DNA from: Elsinoe ampelina
Lineage: Eukaryota
Direction of reading: 5' to 3'
Assembly: GCA_010093995.1 (NCBI GenBank)
Contig: ML992516.1
Location: 478,422 to 538,846 of the forward strand
Length of the DNA stretch: 60,425 nt
Both the position numbers and the translations under genes were made by a program. Positions 24,109-34,553 of this stretch are shown piece after piece; position 1 is the first letter of the stretch, and each line of letters starts with the position of its first letter. Under the pieces are notes generated by a model. The model was not told where the DNA came from, searched no databases, and saw nothing but the letters and a program-made list of their open reading frames with translations.

Positions 24109-26649
24109 ATGATGAATCGAGAGACCAACAATGGTTCATCGGATCGTGGGGCGGAAGATGTCCCGCCGCCGAAGCGTAGGAGGATCGCGCTCGCCTGCAA
24201 TGCCTGTCGAATCAGGAAGTCGAGAGTGAGTTGGTCCATACCGAGCGGGCAGCTTTCTGTCGGCCGAGCTGTCTAGCGGTATGATGCAGAGACGAACTAC
24301 ATGCTGATGGACTCTAGTGTAATGGTGGCCATCCCAAGTGTTCCAATTGTATCGGCCTTGGTTTCGAGTGTAGTTATGAAGCCTCCGAAGGAACCTCGAA
24401 CTTGATAGTTCGCAAAGAGTGAGTGGTCCTTTACCATTAGGGTTGGGGAGACAGGTGAGCGGAGCTTGCTGCTGATTTGATCAGACAAATGGCAGTATTG
24501 GACAATCGACTACAGGAAATTGAAAAGCAGTTGGCCCTGCATGCAGAATTCCTTCGCTCTCACTGGAATGCTTGTAGCAATGGGGAACCTATAAGACCAT
24601 TTTCTGGTAACACTGTTGTGGCTGCGATGTCCGAGTCTGCTACAATTGCACAAGCAGATGCTTCTGAAGATGGGGACGATCAGCCTACAACTGATGGCAT
24701 GGGAATATCCTTTGTGGATGAGAACGACTTTGCTTTCTATGGTAATGCCGATGTTGTATTCGAGAAAGTTGAGCTGATTCGTAATAGGACCTTCATCCAA
24801 TATCCATTTCATGCGTGCCATCATCAATGCTGTGGCACCTGGAAACCCAAACACCCCTTCAGCCATGACTCTCACAGTCGACAGCATACTCAAGGCTTCG
24901 AGGACCCATGCCAACGAAGCACGAGCTGATCATGAGGGCGTTCAATCATATATCCTCCCGCCAGAGGATGACATGGTGCAGATGTTGAAAGCATACTTTG
25001 GGAACACTGGTCTGATCTTTCCATTCATTCATGAGGCTACTTTTATGCATGAATACAATACAGCAAAGGATATGGGATTCAAGAAGGTTCGCAAGTCATG
25101 GCTAGGACTGCTAAACATGATCTTTGCCATGGCTATCAATATCGATCTGTCTCAAACGCCAGCTGGAGGAAAGTATCCCAAGTCGAACATCTTTTACGAG
25201 CGGGCTAGTAAGCTTGGTCATGAAGAGATGTTGAGGGGTACTACAATTGAGACAGGTATGAATACCAATGCTGTCAACGCTCAGACTGACCGTACTAGTC
25301 CAATTCCTCCTCCTCATGAGTTTGTACCTTCAAGGTGCACACAAGAGTGTTCAGACCTTCACCATCCATGGCCTGGCCGTCAAAGCATGTTTCTCTCTAG
25401 GCCTTCATTCAAGTCAGTCTTCGCATCGTTTCTCACCAGTAGAGAATGAGATTCGTAAGAGGACTTTCTACACTTGTGTCATACTCGATCGGTCAGTGTA
25501 CATTTCGTTTCATGAACCTCTGCTGACCTTTACAGTACATTGAGCTTTAGCTTTGGGAGACCACCGATGATACCACAAGACTACGTCCGCCTTCCATTGC
25601 CGGCTCTTTGGCCTGATGCCGGTCCTCAAGATCGGTCACACTATAGTTCGGTATTCTTCGGCTGTTCTGCGTAAGTCTTATTTCTCCCATGCTTCTGATC
25701 GATGCTAATTAAGTAGAAACCTGCATCAGATCTCCTACCAGACCATACACCACATGTACGGCCTCAATATCGATTTTGTCAACGATGAGAGTCTTCTTAT
25801 CACTCAAGTTCTCAATGTCGGCGTAGAGCTGGATCGATGGCGGGCTCGATTACCTTCTGAGATGACTTTGCTGACCACCGAGGCTTTGAAGATTGGGCAG
25901 GTGACTGCAATGAAGCTGCCATTCATCATGACTTTGAGATACCATAACGTCAAGCTCATGGCGTATCGACCATTCGTGTCAAGAATGCTCCAGGATGTTG
26001 CAGCGGTTGACCATATAGGGTCTCACACCTCAGTACAACCCATGATTGGTCATGTCAAGCAGCCTTGTACAGATGCTGCCAAAGAGACCATAGATCTTAT
26101 TGAGACTGCACTTGCGACTCCTGGTGTTGGCAGTGCTGTCATGGGTGCCTGGTGGTTCACTTTGCATTATGGTATGTTTCCTATCGATATCACAAGCCCT
26201 CGCTGATCGTTCTAGTCTTCAGCGCTGCTCTTGTCTTTGCAGCCAATACAGTCATCACTCTAAATCTCACCGTACACGATGGTGCTCAACAGGTCCAGAT
26301 GTTTCAGAATTACCTCAATAAGGCTATCAAGTGTCTGGATGGAATACCTGGAGAAGATGTCATCCTGGCTAGATGCCGGCAGTACATTGAGCGGATATCA
26401 CAAGTCTTGGTTGACTATGGTAACACTCCGTCTGATCAGCTTCGGAACTTTGGACTATCCACATCTCATATTGTGGAGAAGGATTCAAGAACGCAGCTTG
26501 CTACACCTGGCAGTCTCGACATCAGCAGAACGATTGATCCATTTGCAACGGATGCCAATTTCTTCAACTACTTTCCGGGATTGGACATGCCTGATATCAA
26601 CTCGCTGGTGAATGCCGATATGGAGATTGCAAACTTTTTTACATCATAA
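24109..26649 (+). CDS. Zn(II)2Cys6 pathway-specific transcription factor embedded in the cluster
   Basis: KRRRIALACNACRIRKSR / intron / CNGGHPKCSNCIGLGFEC; YFGNTGLIFPFIH, LGLHS, RKRTFYTCVILDR, MGAWWFTLHY. Confidence 0.9.
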
Positions 26650-26650
26650 G

Positions 26651-28294
26651 CTACCTATCCATCAATTCCAATTCCTGAGCTGGCACCCAATTACCATGCA
26701 GACCATGTCTCAGTCGTACAGGGAGTAGGACCACCGCTTGAGCCTTTGAAAAGTCCTTTGTGTCGATGATGTGGAGCTCGCTGGACATGGTGGCATAGTT
26801 GTTCACCAAGAACATGACCCAGCCATCTCCTTCTTCTGCTGTGCTGGACCTTTCGAGGAATACTGGCTCTTGAACGAGATGGGTTGGTCCCGGGCAGTAT
26901 TGTCTCAGCGTCTTTGTGACAATATCAAGATGACCAATCCCGTTGTACACGGGATGTCCTCCACCCATGACTGGGACAATTTTGGACATATCTGTGCCAA
27001 GAGACATGTCCATCAGATTGAAGAACATGTGACGGTACTCTTGCATCGAATATCTGTCATCAATTCGCGGAAACTCGCTATCCATTTTGATGAGTTGCAC
27101 TGGTTTGACATCGAGGTCGTCCGTGTGCGGGTCAATGGTGAAGCGAGACATGTGAGCTGTGATGGTGTGAGGGTCTGGAGAGTTCCCTTGTGAGTCTGGC
27201 CACCAGAAGAATACGTTCTTGTCGCTGATTGGGAGATCAAAGATGATCTTGCCCTCTGCATTCTCGTACGCATTTGCTGTATGGCCGGGGAAACAATTTG
27301 GAGCTCGGAACCACTGGATAGATCAGTCTTTGGTCACTTCGCTTGCGAATTGGATCTACCTTGACATCTTCTCCCTTTGCTCCCCGTCGAGGAAGGACAC
27401 CGATGTAGAAGGGAACGTCTGGATTCCACTGCCAGTGTTCGCCTCCCGCTTTCATCCGTTCGAGGTCACATGTCTGAGGTATACATGGAAAGATGATCCA
27501 GTTGTCGGTCACTGCAAAGTCATGGATCATGGCGACAACTGGGCAGATAGTCCAGACTGTTTCTGTGAATTTTCCATCTGGGCTGATGTTGAAGTAGCAG
27601 ATGTCAGGTGTGCCATCACCTTTGGCTTCGTAACCAAATCCAATCAGCTCACCCGTCTTTGGATCAACCTTTGGATGAGCAGTAAAGGTCGTGCTGGGAA
27701 GCTGTCCATCAAAGTCCTCCAGTCGGATGGTTTCGAGCGTTCTCGGGTCGAGGCTGTACGGCGGCGCATCTTCCTTGATGGCTAACAGCTTTTTGTTGAA
27801 GTAGAAGACATTGGTGTTTGCGGTTGTCCTTACTTTGAACTCGACGGCATCAGTGTATTTGTTGCGATACTTGCCTGCTTATGTCAGCTTCGAGGTAGAA
27901 TTTATAGGCGTCATACTGACCAACTAGGGCACGCTTTGCCTTTCGCTCTCTGACGAACTTTTCGGTTCGGACATATCTTTGCTTGAAATGAATTTTGCCG
28001 GCATGAATTTGGAAAGCACTGATATTGCCATCGCCATTGAACCACTTGGATACTCAGTCTTGGAGCTTTATCATTGTCGGATGTACATACCGGATCATCT
28101 TCTATGAAAGGAGCATGCTGTGGGTCTGGCATAACCCGATAGAAGGTCCCGTCAATCTCGTGGGGTATTTCGCCATGAACTTCGAGATCTTGGATTTCTC
28201 CTTCGAATCTGCATGGCTTCATAAAGCCCGAGAATTGTGGTCGGTCAGGGAAATGATTCGCCACGGGTGGCAAACGCCGTAGATGACCCGCCAT
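26651..28294 (-). CDS. Lignostilbene/resveratrol-cleaving dioxygenase (carotenoid oxygenase/RPE65 family)
   Basis: PQFSGFMKPCRFEG, GTFYRVMPDP, GKYRNKY and LLAIKED (Tyr/Lys positions that bind the stilbene 4-OH), and four Fe-ligand His motifs FTAHPK, MIHDF, PGHTAN, HGLHGNW; three introns. Confidence 0.92.
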
Positions 28295-28422
28295 GGTCTG
28301 AGAATGCTGGATACCTGCATCGATTCGAGTTTCCAGCTCGAGCTATTTGTTGAGTTCCAAGACGTGTTTACTCCGCTTACACAGCGGAGTTTGAAACACC
28401 TCAACGGCACCCGAGAGCTCAT

Positions 28423-28499
28423 CCGACAGTTCCCCGGTCCACTTTGCAAATACCGAGAACCTTTCCCCACGGGGTCACCACACTTCCGGAGGTTCCCCG
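28423..28499. promoter_or_regulatory. Two CCG-N8-CCG sites in the stilbene dioxygenase/gentisate dioxygenase divergent promoter
   Basis: 28423-28436 CCGACAGTTCCCCG and 28486-28499 CCGGAGGTTCCCCG. Confidence 0.6.
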
Positions 28500-28597
28500 A
28501 GGTCTTCCATGCTGAGCACATCACTGGTACATCATACTGACACATATTGGGATGTTATTGCAGGTAGGATGAGAAACGAATACAACGACGGAACAAC

Positions 28598-29703
28598 ATG
28601 TCGACCACAGCTATCACAAAGACAGAAACAATGGCTTTGGAGATCGACTCCGCAGAGAAATTGATCTCCGAACTGCCCGCCACTCACACCCTACCGCTAT
28701 GGGCTCAGATGGCGAAGCTGAACCCGGCGGCGCCAAATCCAAAATGTGTGCCTCATGTGTGGAAGTTCTCAGAGGTGGAGCCGTACTTGCTTCGAGCGGG
28801 CAATCTTGTGACCGAGAAGCAAGCTGAGAGGCGAGTCTTGATGCTGGTCAACCCTGCGAGAGGTGAGTATCAAGAATTCAATATCATACATTGCTAACAA
28901 GCTATCAGAGGCTCCCTATACTACCGACACTGTCTATGCTGGTCTTCAATTGGTCATGCCGAATGAGACAGCTCCAGCACATCGCCATGTCGCCTTTGCT
29001 ATGCGTTTCATCATCTCTGGGAAAGGTGGTTTCACTGCTGTACATGGCTCTAGGATTCCGATGGAGAGAGGTGATGTTATCCTCACTCCAACCTGGAACT
29101 GGCATGATCATGGGAAAGATGGAGATGGGCCAATGATCTGGCTTGACGGTCTGGACCTGCCTTTGTTCCGACACTTTCCTGTCCACTTTGTACAACACTT
29201 TGAGAAGGATAGGTATCCTGCTACAAACATTGACAAGGAGGACAGTCCGATTGTGTACCCTTGGAAGCAGATGCAAGCGGAATTGGATGCAGCAGCTGAT
29301 GGCGGAGTGTCCTGGGTGACAAAGCCATACCTGAAACCTGATGGTCGACAAGGTTTGTAATTGTGCTCTGTTGAGGTTCACCACTGATATCTTTCCAGTC
29401 AGTCTTACTCTTGGTGGATCAGCTGCACGACTTGAAGCTGGATCAAAATCACCAGCTATTCGAGAGACTGCTTCATCAGTGTACCATGTCGTCACTGGTT
29501 CTGGTCATAGTATGATTGACGGGAAGCAATTCTCGTGGAAGCAAGGGGATACCTTTTGCATTCCGACATGGAACAGCTATCAGCACTTTGCGAATGACTC
29601 GGGTACAGTCTACCTCTATCGCTTTGACGACAAGCCAATGCTTCAAGCGCTGGGCTTCTATCGAGTCGAAGGCACCGATGTGGAAGAGTATGTCTCAACC
29701 TAG
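28598..29703 (+). CDS. Gentisate 1,2-dioxygenase family (bicupin)
   Basis: [48 protein letters not shown]; introns ~28863-28909 and ~29352-29397. Confidence 0.93.
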
Positions 29704-31262
29704 AGCCTTGCCTGCCGCTCCGACTCAAGGACTCTTCTTGCAGCTGCAGTACCTGCTCTTCTCCCGAACACTGACCCAGAAGTCAAGCCACTCCCTCCTG
29801 GATAGTTGTTGTAGAATAATCCACCAAGCATTTCTCCAACACAGAATAGTCCTGGTATCTCGCAACCTGTTTGTTCCGAAATCACCGCGGTCGATTGGGG
29901 GGCAACTTTGAGCCCGCCGAATGTGAAAGTGATGCCACCTGTGACCTTGACAGCAAGGAATGGCGGTTTGTCTATTGGCAGTGCCCAATTTGTCTTTGGC
30001 AATGTCAAATCTTGAGTCGCCATGCCGTCCTTGACAGCCGGATCCCATTTCTTTTCTGGATGAGCCTTCACATGCTTGTTCACAGCAGAATTGTACTCCT
30101 TTAGCGTCTGCACGAATTTGTTCCTGTTCTTCAATCCAGCCTGGCTACATTTCTCTGCCAGCTCCTCGATTGTACTGGCAGTGATCTTCTTTACAACTTC
30201 ATCTCGGTATTCTTCTTCTCTCAACCACGGTATCGTTCTAGAATCCCATACCTGAAATGCTGCTCCATCTGGCTGAGCAAGTATCTGCCTTCCAAAGATG
30301 GCATATGTGTAATTGCGATAGTCGACCCCTTCGTCCACAAATCTCTCACCATTGACATTGATCATGACTCCGAGAGGATATCCTGATTTCGTGAACTCGT
30401 TGCTTACACCCCTGTCACCACTATTCCGCGGTGCATTCGCATCCCAGCATGTTGCATGACAGCCAGACCAGTCTCCTGCTGTCTTCGCCCCTGCGTCTCT
30501 GACTGCGATATCTAGGAGATCGCCAGTATTGTGAGGGGTGCCGCGGACATACGCTAAGTCCCAGCCGTGGCCTAGATGTTTCGCACGTAGCTCAGGGTTG
30601 GCCTCGAAACCACCTGCTGCAAGGATTACTGCCTGGGTGGCGATGTTTACGGATTTTCCGTGCGAGCTGACCGAGACAGAGGCTATTGCGCCAGTGGAAG
30701 ATGTATGAAGGGCCGTAGCAGCGGTAGAATAGTAGACCTTGATACCGTGATGTTCTGCGGCTGCTTTGTGGTCTTCAATCAGCCCTTTGCCACCATCCTC
30801 TGTCTTTAGGGCGAGACCACCCCAGAACTTGTATCGGTCGTCGACGAGGAATGATTGACGGTTGAAGGAGAGCTGGAAGCGTACGCCTAGTGTAGAGAGC
30901 CATTTGATAGTCTGATTGGATTCGTTGATAAGGATACCGCAGAGTGTCGGGTCTGATTTGCCTTGACATATGCGGTCCATGTCTGCTTGAAAATCTGCTG
31001 TCGTGTATGGGACCAGATCCACTCTATCCGCCAGCTCGTCATCAACGTTGTTGACTAGTGGTAGGAGATCTGGGAGGCCTTCATGAACTGTCCGCATCGC
31101 ACCAGCTGTGAAATATGAATTCCCGCCTGACCATTCCTCTGGGCATTTGTCAATGATCATGACATCTTTGGCGCCATTCTGGACAGCGGATATGGCAGCG
31201 CAGAAGCCGGCGTTGCCTCCTCCGATGACCAGGACATCACATCGTTCGGGTGGCGAATTCAT
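29700..31262 (-). CDS. TcuA/CobZ-like FAD-dependent oxidoreductase (fumarate reductase flavoprotein family), intronless
   Basis: 520-aa ORF: DVLVIGGGNAG, GGNSYFTAGAMR, VILAAGGFEAN, VRGTPHNTGD, GITFTFGGL, NYPGGSGLTSGSVFGR. Confidence 0.88.
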   Translation of the reverse strand: MNSPPERCDVLVIGGGNAGFCAAISAVQNGAKDVMIIDKCPEEWSGGNSYFTAGAMRTVHEGLPDLLPLVNNVDDELADRVDLVPYTTADFQADMDRICQGKSDPTLCGILINESNQTIKWLSTLGVRFQLSFNRQSFLVDDRYKFWGGLALKTEDGGKGLIEDHKAAAEHHGIKVYYSTAATALHTSSTGAIASVSVSSHGKSVNIATQAVILAAGGFEANPELRAKHLGHGWDLAYVRGTPHNTGDLLDIAVRDAGAKTAGDWSGCHATCWDANAPRNSGDRGVSNEFTKSGYPLGVMINVNGERFVDEGVDYRNYTYAIFGRQILAQPDGAAFQVWDSRTIPWLREEEYRDEVVKKITASTIEELAEKCSQAGLKNRNKFVQTLKEYNSAVNKHVKAHPEKKWDPAVKDGMATQDLTLPKTNWALPIDKPPFLAVKVTGGITFTFGGLKVAPQSTAVISEQTGCEIPGLFCVGEMLGGLFYNNYPGGSGLTSGSVFGRRAGTAAARRVLESERQARL

Positions 31263-31843
31263 GATAGCAAGTGGGAGGCTTCAGGTTTGTGCGAGGCAAG
31301 AAGCTGAAGGTACGGATGAAAATGTCAGAGATTTAGCTCCACAATAGCCTACATTTTGATGATATATACTGAGGTAGAAAGGTCAGAGAGTCTCGATCGG
31401 AATTCGGCATCTTCGTGGTGGAGAAATCCTGCAGATCATCAGTCCGCCACTTCTCCTCCCCCAGCGACATCATTCGACGGACAGTTGCCCCACGCTTCAT
31501 TGAAAGGAGGAATAGCTTGAGCCGGGAGATCTGGTCATCACGCCCATGCGGTACATCGAGCCGCGGTCATTGCGACTACATTGGGACTGCTAGAATTCAC
31601 GGCCAGCGCTACATACTCGAGTCATTGAGAGACGTCCGCCATCAACGATAGCATCTCCCAATTCTTTACGGAACGACGAGGGAGCCATCACGATGCGGTG
31701 ACCGTCGTCCGGTAGGTGTCCATTGCTTCATCGCCTAATCACATGCGCTCGTTTCAAGGACTGTTCTCGATGCACTCCACAAGTACTACATCCATTCTGC
31801 TTCTCTGTAAACTACCTCCACAGCTACCACGATTCTCCAAGCC

Positions 31844-33706
31844 TCATTCAGCTCTCTTAGGGCTATATAGTCGCTCCGACCAGCCTCTCAACTTTTCACC
31901 ATACAGATACAGGGGGATCGCCAACAGCACTGCAATGGCAACCACCATGAACATGATCATGTAAACCTGGATCCAACCAGATGCTTGCACCCAGTCTACC
32001 GCCACATACAAGAAGACGAAGGCCACCAAATTTTTGAAGACATTGATGATGACGAGGCAGTCGGAGGCAAAAGCAGGGTGACTTTCGACAACGTAGGTGA
32101 TGGCGATGTTGGGTGAAAACACGGTACCAAAGGATACTGTTACTGGTCAGCTTGGATTAAGCTTCCTACGCCGCAGACTTACCCATGCCAAATCCGAAAG
32201 CGATTCCGACCCAAGAGAGTTGGTAAGCACAGGTGAAGGCAACCACAATGCAGCCAGCACATCCAACCCAAGCTCCTGGTATCAATGAGACCAGGCGTTG
32301 CTCCGGGAAATATGATCCTTTGGCCTTGACGATTTGACGAGTAGTGATGAGATCAGACAGATAGCCACCTCCGAAGCAAGCAAGGACAAAACCGATGATT
32401 GCTGCGACCTGGATCAAGCCGACACTTGTCTCGGCGAAGAAGTAAGGTGGTGCCAGTAGAAGAGATGGAAAGGCAAAGCTATCGTCGTGTCAGCTTTGAT
32501 ATCTCAGATTTCTTTTCACTTACATCAAGATCACTTGGGAGGCTAGTGCCGTGCCATACACTAGTACCGCCCACAGTACACTCGGATATAGAATAAAGGC
32601 CAGCTGTCGAGAGAATGCCTGGAAGAATCCGATGCTGCGGTCGTATCGTATGAAAGATGTCCAGACCTTTGGCCAAGACACTTGCACATGGCTGACATGC
32701 TGAACTCCAAGACCCTCGGTCTCTACAGCCTCTACGCGGGTATCATTTTCCTTCTCAGTTTGCTCAGAATCGGCCACTTCGTATATCATGGGTCTTCTAA
32801 ATGTCGATTCCGGGTAGAAGAGGTAGATGACGACTAGATTGAATCCGGCCAAAGCAGCACATACCCAAGAAAAGTCTCGCCATGTTCCGGGAGTGCCTGC
32901 AATGACAAAGCCGGCTATTAATGGACCAATAGCTGTGGCGCCTGATGTCAAGATGACATATAGGGACATCATTCCAGCTCTTTCGTGCAGGAAGAAAATG
33001 TCGGCAACAATTTCTGGTACCAAGGACTCCCCAGCAGAGGAAGCGAAGCCGGAAAGACATCTAGCTGCGAGTAATTCGTTGTATGTCTTTGCTTTGGCGG
33101 TCCAGATCAAGATGGCGAATAGCATCGTCATTGAGACGAGGAGGGAGAAGCGTTTACCGAACTTGGTGGCGATAGGGACCCAGAACATGTTGCCGACACC
33201 AAGAAGGAGGAAGTTGAACTGAAAACTGTTAGCCAACTTCAACTACTGGACGGTCGTATGTTCTGGCCAATCCTGTGTTGACTGAGGCCAACAACCCCGA
33301 TGGGAGCCGGCCCACCTTGGCCAAAAGTACCACAGTCGAGTACTACATGAGCAGTAGGGGCGCTTGCACCGTGTCTGCTCTTGTGTAGATCTCTATTTTG
33401 GTACTTCTGGTGGGCCGGAAGAGATTTCACGACAGGAGTATCTGGACGAGGATGGCTTACTGTCAAAAGAGCGTTGATCTGGCTGGCCGTCTTCTGGAAC
33501 TGCATCTCCAATACTGGTGTCGCTACCGAGAACCCTGCTCCTGCAAAGTTGGCCGTAAAGTTGAACAATGCCACCGATAGGATAGCCACAATCTTGACCC
33601 ATTTTGGCCATCTCAATGGGTCTTTCTCGTCTGTGGATGGCGGTGGCCAGAGTGCTATGCCATGGTGCTTGCTCGAGGAGCCGACGGTGATTCGATCGAC
33701 AGTCAT
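31844..33706 (-). CDS. MFS transporter (DHA1-like)
   Basis: P.PSTDEKDPLRW, multiple TM segments, LLAARCLSGF, ADIFFLHERA, PEQRL; introns 33219-33460, ~32471-32521, ~32140-32183. Confidence 0.88.
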
Positions 33707-33824
33707 GTTGCTTTGTCGTTGTGTTCTGGTCTGGTCTTGCGGGGTCCCCACACTGTTGTTATGGTTCTTGAGGACATCAATATCTGGAGATGATATTTGG
33801 TCGTTGAGCCCTAAGCCCGGACTC

Positions 33825-33875
33825 CCGACACACCCCCGTAATTGTTATGTGAGACATGATCCCGTGACATACCCG
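33825..33875. promoter_or_regulatory. Two CCG-N8-CCG sites in the MFS/DUF3237 divergent promoter
   Basis: 33825-33838 CCGACACACCCCCG and 33862-33875 CCGTGACATACCCG. Confidence 0.5.
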
Positions 33876-33964
33876 CCCCTCCGAGGAAGCCCTGAAACCC
33901 CGTCAAATAAAACATGCTATGTCGGGAGGACTACTGGACAGTCTCGGCAGCACTTGCAAACACC

Positions 33965-34438
33965 ATGGCACCCAAGCTGGAATACGTCTTCACACTCAAT
34001 GTCGACTTGGCACCTCCTGTCGACTACGGCAGCACTTCGACTGGGGATCGTCGATTCATACCTATCACCGGTGGTACTTTCAGTGGCCCGAAGCTTTCTG
34101 GCCGGATTTTGCCCGGGGGAGGAGACTGGAACAATGTTCGCTCTGATGGAGTGGTGCACGTTTACGCCAAATACAGCATTCAAGCCGACGATGGGACTAT
34201 TATCAGCATCACTAATGAAGGCTATGGTCGATCGAGTCAGGACGAAATGAAAGGAGTGTTTGCAAGCGACTACAACGGCGCTCCGGATGCATCCTCGGAA
34301 TGGTATACCAAGACCTGGCCCCGATTTGATGTGGAGGCGGGGAAGCACGAATGGCTGGGGAAGAGCTGTTTCCTCGGGGAACTACTGAGACCGGATCGAC
34401 CGGGGCATGTCAAGATTGAAGTGTATGAGATTCTTTGA
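33965..34438 (+). CDS. DUF3237 (UPF0311) beta-barrel protein, intronless
   Basis: G.RRFIPITGGTFSGPKLSGRILPGGGDW, YSIQADDG..I.ITNEG, WYTKTWPRF...KHEWL. Confidence 0.85.
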   Translation: MAPKLEYVFTLNVDLAPPVDYGSTSTGDRRFIPITGGTFSGPKLSGRILPGGGDWNNVRSDGVVHVYAKYSIQADDGTIISITNEGYGRSSQDEMKGVFASDYNGAPDASSEWYTKTWPRFDVEAGKHEWLGKSCFLGELLRPDRPGHVKIEVYEIL

Positions 34439-34453
34439 GCGTTTCAATTCTTG

Positions 34454-34487
34454 CCGGCAGTTCCCCGGTCGTCCCGGTAGCTCCCCG
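34454..34487. promoter_or_regulatory. Two CCG-N8-CCG sites in the FAH promoter
   Basis: 34454-34467 CCGGCAGTTCCCCG and 34474-34487 CCGGTAGCTCCCCG within a 115-bp intergenic gap. Confidence 0.6.
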
Positions 34488-34553
34488 GCTTCAATCAACC
34501 ACTTTTACCCTCGAGTAAGCGCAAGGTTACGTCTGAACAGTGCATCTATCATC

